From NCBI GenBank assembly GCA_964571255.1, contig CAZNAA010000001.1:620666-684665 (forward strand): 64,000 nucleotides of DNA, written 5' to 3'. A model generated the notes under the pieces. That model was not told the origin of the DNA. It did not search any database and saw only the letters and a program-made list of their open reading frames with translations. Numbering within the stretch: position 1 is the stretch's first letter; every line of letters begins with the position of its first letter. The position numbers and the translations under genes are program-made. This document shows positions 57,384-64,000 of this stretch, in pieces. The DNA comes from an uncultured Gammaproteobacteria bacterium. GTDB lineage: Bacteria; Patescibacteriota; Microgenomatia; Levybacterales; UBA12049.

Positions 57384-58343
57384 TCATTTTATGACCTCTA
57401 CTTCTGGATCAAGAGTAAATCCAAATGTTTCTTGGCATTTATCCTGAATCGCTTTTATAACAGCTAATACGTCTTGAGATTTGGCTCCTCCAAGATTATT
57501 GATAAAATTTCCATGTCGTTCAGACACTTGAGCTCTTCCTACTTTATATCCTCTAAATCCCATATGAGTAATTAAATATCCTGCCGAAACTTTTCCATGC
57601 CATTTTGTTTTGATTGTCTCCTCAAGTTCTGGAAGTACTTTAATCACTTTTGCAATTTCTTCAGGGGACTCAATATTTTTAAAGACAGATCCTGTATTAG
57701 GATATTCATGAGGATGATTTGTTTCCCTGTATTCAATATGTTCTTTATAAACCTCTTTTGCTTTTTCAACTTCTTCCTCCGTTGCAGGAAAAAGTTGAAA
57801 AGTTGCCGAAATAAGAATGAGTTCCTTGTTATGTTTAACAACACTTCCTCGATATTCAAATTCCATTTCACTCTTTTGCAGTGTTTTGGTTTTGGTTGGA
57901 TCTGAAAGTGAAAAAACTTCACACGACACAAAAGTATTTTTCAATTCTCCTCCAAAGGCTCCAACATTTCCTCGAACAGCAGCACCTATTGTTCCTGGGA
58001 GTCCTCCTGCCCATTCAAGTCCAATAAATCCGGCAGCAAAACCTTCTTGAATAAGCGTATCCAGTAATTCTCCGGCAAAAACAGTAACTCTTCCATCTTT
58101 AGTAAATTTCAATGGTTCTTTTGATTCATTAAAACGCAGCACTGCTCCATCAAAATACTTATCAGTAAAAAGAATATTGGCCCCAGTTCCAACCACCACA
58201 ACATTTTTTAATTTTTGCTCGGAAATATATTGCAGCGCAGTTTTAACGTCTTCAATTGAGGAAATATCAAAAAGGTGTTTTACTGTCCCACCAATTTGAT
58301 ACCAAAGGATCTCACTAATTGGAAAATCTTCATATACAACCAT
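57384..58343 (-). CDS. murB: UDP-N-acetylenolpyruvoylglucosamine reductase
   Basis: IGG, G.GANILF.D, GLEWAGGLPGTIGAAVRGNVGAFG, F.YR.S, GSVFKN, VS..HGNFI.N.GGA, L.PEV. Confidence 0.95.
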   Translation of the reverse strand: MVVYEDFPISEILWYQIGGTVKHLFDISSIEDVKTALQYISEQKLKNVVVVGTGANILFTDKYFDGAVLRFNESKEPLKFTKDGRVTVFAGELLDTLIQEGFAAGFIGLEWAGGLPGTIGAAVRGNVGAFGGELKNTFVSCEVFSLSDPTKTKTLQKSEMEFEYRGSVVKHNKELILISATFQLFPATEEEVEKAKEVYKEHIEYRETNHPHEYPNTGSVFKNIESPEEIAKVIKVLPELEETIKTKWHGKVSAGYLITHMGFRGYKVGRAQVSERHGNFINNLGGAKSQDVLAVIKAIQDKCQETFGFTLDPEVEVIK

Positions 58344-58347
58344 ACAG

Positions 58348-60138
58348 TTAACTTTCAGTTTCCATTGATACAGAGGAAACAAGATGATCAGGAAGGCGCA
58401 AAAGGCCCTCGTCTAATCTTTTTTGATCTAGAAAGTGGGCAATAAATCCAACACTTCGTGACAGGACAAATAAACTATTGAAAAATTCTTGAGTTACCAA
58501 TTCTTGCAGCTCTTCAGGACTTATGCCTTCTTTTTCTGAAAGAACATCAAGTAAAACTGCCGCAATAGCTCCGTCAATGTTTAAGATTAAATTTCCTTTC
58601 TTGCTACTCGTTACCTTCTCAACCTCAAGAGCAAAACTGGTATAAACTTTTTTCTCACAACTTTCAATAAAGGTAAGAAGCTTTTTTACTCTTGGATCAG
58701 GAAGATCTACTCGGTATTTTTTATGCCCTATTCCTAAGATATATTCATTTCGTGAAGCAAACGACTCAACAAACTCAGAAGCTTGAGTTTTTTCACTTAC
58801 TCCTTTTAGCCAATTACCAGCTGCTTCATTGACTGCTCCTCCAAAACGAGAACCAATGGTAAGTAAACCTGATGCTAAGGCTGAAACTAAATCCCTCCCA
58901 GCTCGGGCTGTAACAATGGTATTCACTGCTCCTGAGACGTGTGGTCCGTGATCAATAAGAAGTTTTAAGATAAACTCCACTACCTTTTCTGTTTCTTTGG
59001 ATTTGATTTGTTTTCCCAAAAAAGCTGATGCGACAAGGTAAGCAAACGAGTTGTTCTCAACGAGTGAGAGGAGTGAGGAATTGAGAAAATAGGCCTCTCC
59101 ATCTTTCTCCTGTGAAAGAGAGGTGGTGATTAAGGATTGGGAGCGATTTTTAATCTCATCCATATGCGTAGTATACGACTTCTCAGTGTGCTTGGATAGA
59201 GATGGAATTTGACCAACTAGAGAAACAAACTCTTCAAAAGAAGTAGCAACACTCATTCCCACTTCTTTTAGTCGCGCTCTTTTGGCCTTCGCACTCTCAT
59301 CCACAGTTCCTGCCATAGCCTTAGCATGACCAAATTGGGGAGGAGTTGGGAACAGATCGGAAACAATTCCAGCAATGTAGCAAACTGTTGGTTTAGTAAG
59401 TTTCTTCTGCTCATAAAGAGTAGCAATTTCATACTCATCTACTCCCCCTAACTCTCCGTAATATACAATGTGAGTTGTTTGGGAATCATTTTCTGCAAGT
59501 AAAAAAGCGTCTTTTGGACTAGTAAGGGGAAATCTATCTCCTCCCATATGCAACCCAAAAGAAATTCTTTTTCCACTCGTTGTCACTATTCGCATCAACT
59601 CATTAGTCATCCCGCCTGATGCTGAGATAACCGCAACACTTCCTCCATCTAGTAAATCTCCATCTAAAAATTGCACTGCATCAGTTCCTCCAATAGCACC
59701 ACTTTTCAAAAACCCAGGAAGAAGAAGACCAATACTTGCTGGTCCTAGAATTAATTTGTCTTTTGTCATTGTTAACAGTTCAAGTGCTTGTCTTTCCGGA
59801 ACGTCTTCAGCAAAGATGGTTAATACTTTTAACTTAGGGAGGGAAAGGGCATCTTTGGAGGAGTGTAATACTCTTCTTCCAGAACGAACGTTAATAGCAA
59901 CGGTTATTTTTTCTTGAAATGACTGAGGAAGTGAAGCAATGGATTCAAAAACAGGAAGTAATATTTCTTTTTTTCCAAAATAAAACTTTTCATACTTTCT
60001 TCCTGTTGAGAGAATGGCACAAAGACTAGGTTTTTCTTTTCCCAATAAAAAATCATAGTCCAAAATGGATTGAATAATCCCTTTGTGACTTCCAATCATA
60101 AGAATATTTTGATTACCTGATCTGAGTGCTTGTATCAT
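58348..60138 (-). CDS. aclA: ATP-citrate lyase alpha subunit (CoA-binding and citryl-CoA lyase domains)
   Basis: IFAEDVPE, GPASIG, SASGGMTNE, GGDRFP, GELGG, phospho-His motif QFGHA, DHGPHVSGA, GIGHK, NLILNIDG, HFLDQKRL. Confidence 0.92.
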   Translation of the reverse strand: MIQALRSGNQNILMIGSHKGIIQSILDYDFLLGKEKPSLCAILSTGRKYEKFYFGKKEILLPVFESIASLPQSFQEKITVAINVRSGRRVLHSSKDALSLPKLKVLTIFAEDVPERQALELLTMTKDKLILGPASIGLLLPGFLKSGAIGGTDAVQFLDGDLLDGGSVAVISASGGMTNELMRIVTTSGKRISFGLHMGGDRFPLTSPKDAFLLAENDSQTTHIVYYGELGGVDEYEIATLYEQKKLTKPTVCYIAGIVSDLFPTPPQFGHAKAMAGTVDESAKAKRARLKEVGMSVATSFEEFVSLVGQIPSLSKHTEKSYTTHMDEIKNRSQSLITTSLSQEKDGEAYFLNSSLLSLVENNSFAYLVASAFLGKQIKSKETEKVVEFILKLLIDHGPHVSGAVNTIVTARAGRDLVSALASGLLTIGSRFGGAVNEAAGNWLKGVSEKTQASEFVESFASRNEYILGIGHKKYRVDLPDPRVKKLLTFIESCEKKVYTSFALEVEKVTSSKKGNLILNIDGAIAAVLLDVLSEKEGISPEELQELVTQEFFNSLFVLSRSVGFIAHFLDQKRLDEGLLRLPDHLVSSVSMETES

Positions 60139-61277
60139 ACGTTTATTGCTTGTTTGACTATTTCAGAAATGGTCATATCAGGACCAGATACTGCTCCGTA
60201 GAGATTTTTATCTTTTAAGAATTGCTCCATTAGTGCTAAGCCTTTTTTCTGATTCGGCCCACCACGCCTCACATAGACTTTTACTTTTTCTTTGACTAAT
60301 TTTTCACTTTCTTCGTCTAAGGCTTGGATTACTCCAGTAAAGGTTTTGGCAATATCCGTAAAGTTGGCTACTCCTCCTCCAATAATAATACGTTTGTTCT
60401 GTGCCGTACTCTTAAAAAGAAGACTGAGTAACTCTTTGGTATACAAATAGGTTTCCTCAGTCGTTGGGTTCCCACTATACTCTCCATAATTTGCAATCTC
60501 TTCTCCTTTACCACTTTGTGCAATTTCATCAGCAATAACTAAACTTGCTCCTCCTCCAGACATGAGTAAAAAGATACTTCCATTTTTATTAAGTACCGTT
60601 AAGGAAAAAGAGGCTTGGGACTTTTCAGAAAGATCCTTAATGTGTTTTTCTTCCTCAGTTATTTTTTGAAAAGGAAGCGCAAAATCCTCTTCATTCCAAA
60701 AAGAGGTTGCAAAGAAGCTAGCTGCTGTATCTACTTCACACGCAATATCAAGTGGAAGAAACTGAGATTGCTTATACACAAACGGATTTATTTCCAAGAA
60801 AGAAAGATACGCATCATTAAAAAGTGTCACAAGGGTAGGAAGAAGTTGTGGATCTATTCCTTCAAGTGAAGGGATCTCTTTTGTAATAAGATGTTTTATA
60901 ACTTCACTTTCCTCTTCTATATGCACTCCCCCTTTTTTTGAGTACAAAAGGTGAATACCATCTCGCTCTCGTGTAAGAGAGAGGTATTGCTCCTCATCTG
61001 ATTCATGAGGAATATATGGCTCAAGTAAAAACGTGCTATAACCTTTCTCCATCCAATCAGAAAGAAGTGATTCAATATCTCCTTTGGCAATATTTACCTT
61101 GACGAGTCCTGACAGAAAACGTTTTTTTACTCCCTGATCTACTTTCAAAACATATTGTCCCTCAGGAATACTGTGCACTTGACTCATATCAGTAAGAGAA
61201 ACTCCAGAATAAGAGAGAGAAAGAGCGTGGAAAACAAGTGTCTTACTGGAAAATTCCGATAACCGTTGTCGTGCCAT
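60135..61277 (-). CDS. aclB: ATP-citrate lyase beta subunit (ATP-grasp and citrate-binding domains)
   Basis: KVDQ..KKR...GLV, LEINP, GGGAS...AD, ANYGEYSGNP, IGGGVANFTD.AKTF.G, VRRGGPN. Confidence 0.92.
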   Translation of the reverse strand: MARQRLSEFSSKTLVFHALSLSYSGVSLTDMSQVHSIPEGQYVLKVDQGVKKRFLSGLVKVNIAKGDIESLLSDWMEKGYSTFLLEPYIPHESDEEQYLSLTRERDGIHLLYSKKGGVHIEEESEVIKHLITKEIPSLEGIDPQLLPTLVTLFNDAYLSFLEINPFVYKQSQFLPLDIACEVDTAASFFATSFWNEEDFALPFQKITEEEKHIKDLSEKSQASFSLTVLNKNGSIFLLMSGGGASLVIADEIAQSGKGEEIANYGEYSGNPTTEETYLYTKELLSLLFKSTAQNKRIIIGGGVANFTDIAKTFTGVIQALDEESEKLVKEKVKVYVRRGGPNQKKGLALMEQFLKDKNLYGAVSGPDMTISEIVKQAINV

Positions 61278-61315
61278 ACAAGATAAGCGTAACGAAAGCA
61301 GAGGAAGTTGACAAG

Positions 61316-61780
61316 CTACTCAATAGCTTTAATCGTATATTCTATTTTCCCAGATGGTGCAGCTACGACTGCTTTTTCTCCAATCTTTTTTCCAAGAAGT
61401 GCTTTTCCAAGAGGAGATTGATCAGAGATTTTTTTCTTTCTAGGATCTGCTTCCCATTCACCAACAATCCGATATTTTTCTTCTTTTCCATTCGTTACGG
61501 TAACTGTTGAACCAACCGAGACAACCCCTGTTGTTTTTTTGGAATCATCAATCACACTTACTTGCTTAAGCAGTTCTTCAAGCTCACTAATTCGATCATC
61601 CATAAAAGACAATTCGTCACGTGCTGCTTGATATTGAGCGTTTTCAGAGAGGTCTCCCATCTCACGAGCCGTCGTTAATTGAGAGACAACTTCAGGTCGT
61701 TTTTTATGGACCAAATCATCGTATTCTTTCTTTAGCTCAGCTAGTCCTTGAGCTGTTAAATATTGTTTTTTTGCTTTCAT
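61316..61780 (-). CDS. greA: transcription elongation factor GreA
   Basis: LT..G...L..E, AR..GDLSENA.Y.AA, IS..SPLGKALLG. Confidence 0.96.
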   Translation of the reverse strand: MKAKKQYLTAQGLAELKKEYDDLVHKKRPEVVSQLTTAREMGDLSENAQYQAARDELSFMDDRISELEELLKQVSVIDDSKKTTGVVSVGSTVTVTNGKEEKYRIVGEWEADPRKKKISDQSPLGKALLGKKIGEKAVVAAPSGKIEYTIKAIE

Positions 61781-61789
61781 AATAAACCT

Positions 61790-61865
61790 AAAAATAAACC
61801 CTCCCAAGTACTGGAGGGAAATGTCAAATCGAGTGCAGTATAGATAATATATTGAGCCTTGTCAA
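61790..61865 (-). promoter_or_regulatory. greA promoter with an intrinsic terminator in the leader
   Basis: TTGACA (61865), 17 nt, TATACT (61842-61837). Then CCCTCC-AGTACTTG-GGAGGG and TTTATTTTT before the ATG. Confidence 0.7.
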
Positions 61866-62710
61866 TGTGGTATAGTACTCGTTTTAGCCTCAAATTCTCT
61901 TAAAATACGCATGCGGTAATCTACTGGGTGAAAGGCAGCTAGATGGAGTGAAACTGTCTCAATTGTTTGCGTTTTTCGAATAGAAAAAAGCTGAAGATGG
62001 TAGCATAAAAAATTAAAAAACCGAGTTACTCCTAACACTTTTGAAGAGGGTGCAATAGAGGGAGAAATTGCGTTTTTTGCATTAGGAAAAAAGGGAAATG
62101 TCCAGGAGTTTTTCCATATAAATCTCTCATAAATACTTTCTTTGTTTATTACAGGAAATAATTGGTGAATTTCCCGAGCAGTATAGATATCTCGTTGTTT
62201 TTGGGGAAAACTCAACTTCTCTTCGTCAAGTAACATATTCACACAGACAAGCTCTGTTGTATTCACAGATTTTTTCGTTCGCAAAACTCCTTTGTATACC
62301 AAAAATAAAAGGACGATACACCGAGTAAGCCAGAGAGTATGGGACTTAGTAATTAAAAAAAGATCAATATCTCCTTTTTTTTGATATTGCCCAGCTCCTA
62401 AGCTTCCACTTATTCCAATAAAAAGAATCCAAGAAATAAAAGACAAAGGAGAAAGAAGTTTTTTCATCTCTTCTCTTTTCTCAGTCACTTTTTTTTCATT
62501 TATCACTCTTGTCTCAATCCATTCGTTTCTTCCTTTCAATGTAACAAAGTTGTCTTTTAACAGAAGTTCAGGCAAGTCAGAGAGCGTTTTGAGAAAAGAG
62601 ACATAGGAGAGTTTTTTGGGAAGAAAATACCAGAGTTCTCTTTGCGTTAAAGGAAAGTGAAAAATACTACTATACAAAAGTGGAATAAGAAAGGCTTTCT
62701 TACTGTCCAT
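61862..62710 (-). CDS. hypothetical protein with a nucleotidyltransferase-like motif
   Basis: ISGSLGAG.....GDIDLFLIT....LWLTR (GS..DxD motif), RDIYTAREI. Confidence 0.7.
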   Translation of the reverse strand: MDSKKAFLIPLLYSSIFHFPLTQRELWYFLPKKLSYVSFLKTLSDLPELLLKDNFVTLKGRNEWIETRVINEKKVTEKREEMKKLLSPLSFISWILFIGISGSLGAGQYQKKGDIDLFLITKSHTLWLTRCIVLLFLVYKGVLRTKKSVNTTELVCVNMLLDEEKLSFPQKQRDIYTAREIHQLFPVINKESIYERFIWKNSWTFPFFPNAKNAISPSIAPSSKVLGVTRFFNFLCYHLQLFSIRKTQTIETVSLHLAAFHPVDYRMRILREFEAKTSTIPH

Positions 62711-64000
62711 ACTGCCCCAGGACTTGTGAAACCCCATTAGATAACGTATCTACAGCACTTTCTGGAGAAGTTGCTTGCAATACTGAGCGAACAGCATTCC
62801 CCATATACCCATTTAATTGGTCATTTAATCCATTGTCATACGTATCTGCAACAAAAGGAGTTGATACAGCAAAAGGAGACTGTAGAAGGAATGGATAGAC
62901 CAGCTTATTGTCTTTTAGCGTTTCAGAAAGATCTGATCGAGGATATAATTCTCCAAAGAGGCGTACCTTTGCTGCTTCTGCATAGAACTTTTGTAGGGTT
63001 TCTTTTCGTTGTAAAAAGTTCATAAGTAAAAAGGCTGCTTCTTGATTCGTACTTTTACTCGATACCCCTTCAAGCCAATAACTTGCAACGGTCAGACTTT
63101 TTCCAGGCAAATTTGGAACAGGATGAGTTGAGAACTTTAACTCTTTATTTACGGCTTCGATTTGGAAAATATCCCATGAATAGCCAAGATACATGGCTAA
63201 TTTTCCTTGGATAAACAGAGTAAGGGAGGGTTCTAGTGAACTATCCCACACGTTATTTGTATCTCTAGCAAAAGCTGTGTAGAAAGTAAGTGCTTCACTT
63301 GCTTTATCTTTTGTTTGGGCAAGAGTAGCAAAGTCTGTTCCATTTTGAAGCATAATGAGTGAGACAATATCTGGAGCATGGGTGATATTGTCATACGTCC
63401 CTAGTCCTGCTCCGGCTGTTTGAATTTTTCCTTCTTGATCTTTGACTGTTACGGCTTTTGCAACTTTAATAAACTCATCCCAGGTGGTTGGAACCGGTTG
63501 ACCACTGGCTTCTAAAATTTCAGTATTCACAAAAAGTGCGAGAGTATCTATCCCTAGTGGAATGCCATAGACAGCTCCTCCCTTAACACTATCTTGTTGA
63601 ACTACAGGAAAGTAGTTGATTTGAAAACTTTGAGGATCAATCGTATTTTTGGGAAAAGGAGATAACTCTTTGGAAAGCATTGGATACCATGTATTGTGGT
63701 AGCGAAAAACGTCAGGTCCATTCCCTAAAGGAATTCGAGCAGAAAGACGTTGGCGATAATCTTTGATGTCTTGTCTGGAATATTTGACTGTAATATGGGG
63801 ATACTCTTTGCTAAAGTCATCAAAAAGTGACTGCATCACTCGTGGCTCTTCCCATAATCCCCAATACGTTAGTGTAACGGCTTGAGGCTTTGAGTTAAAC
63901 ATTGGAAGAATCACTCTGGTAACAAGGAGAAAGAGTAATCCTATTCCTAAAATAAAAAGGAGGACAGCAATAATTGGTCCCCATGGAATAGAACGATGAG
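62700..64000 (-). CDS. extracellular solute-binding protein, sugar ABC type (5' end beyond the right edge)
   Basis: LTYWGLWE, GPDVF, YGIP...DTLALF.N, PTTW.EF, F..GK.AM. The frame stays open through a TM segment to the window edge. Confidence 0.88.
   Translation of the reverse strand, partial: HRSIPWGPIIAVLLFILGIGLLFLLVTRVILPMFNSKPQAVTLTYWGLWEEPRVMQSLFDDFSKEYPHITVKYSRQDIKDYRQRLSARIPLGNGPDVFRYHNTWYPMLSKELSPFPKNTIDPQSFQINYFPVVQQDSVKGGAVYGIPLGIDTLALFVNTEILEASGQPVPTTWDEFIKVAKAVTVKDQEGKIQTAGAGLGTYDNITHAPDIVSLIMLQNGTDFATLAQTKDKASEALTFYTAFARDTNNVWDSSLEPSLTLFIQGKLAMYLGYSWDIFQIEAVNKELKFSTHPVPNLPGKSLTVASYWLEGVSSKSTNQEAAFLLMNFLQRKETLQKFYAEAAKVRLFGELYPRSDLSETLKDNKLVYPFLLQSPFAVSTPFVADTYDNGLNDQLNGYMGNAVRSVLQATSPESAVDTLSNGVSQVLGQYGQ

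Noticed and set aside
1-64000. CRISPR array, rRNA, IS transposase, reverse transcriptase/DGR
   Set aside because: No regularly spaced repeats, long non-coding stretch, or DDE/HUH/RT motifs were seen.

Overview
Densely coding, AT-rich bacterial chromosome segment in genetic code 11 (TGA is used as a stop). Gene content points to Patescibacteria/CPR, Microgenomates-like (inference from C-terminally truncated AlaRS, short IF2, a nusA-infB-DHH-rpsO-pnp cluster without rbfA/truB/ribF, AMP phosphorylase, and FtsA/baseplate-J-like plus sortase genes). Housekeeping genes: partial rpoB, alaS, mltG, ftsK, rnj, pnp, rpsO, infB, nusA, hrcA-grpE-dnaK-dnaJ with a CIRCE-like operator, metG, tatD, cell-envelope transferases, lysS, murB, two-subunit ATP-citrate lyase and greA. 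No complete tRNA, rRNA, CRISPR array or transposase was seen. Main findings: (1) an unannotated leaderless 15-aa Lys-Lys leader peptide with a full trp-type 1:2/2:3/3:4 attenuator ahead of a GNAT, an M20 peptidase and a LysRS fused to a B3/4 editing-type domain; (2) two unrelated GC-rich orphan genes that share the same structured 5' leader and 3' hairpin architecture, like cassettes, on either side of (3) a four-gene operon for a repeat-containing membrane protein and two Clp ATPases without ClpP-docking loops; (4) a Lon ATPase lacking its protease domain between pnp and rnj; (5) three paralogous double-HTH genes upstream of rpoB, one with an in-frame TAA; (6) tRNA-Glu-like 3' remnants around an AT-rich gene; (7) widespread leaderless promoter architecture. 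All calls were made by eye from motifs, without database searches or folding software.
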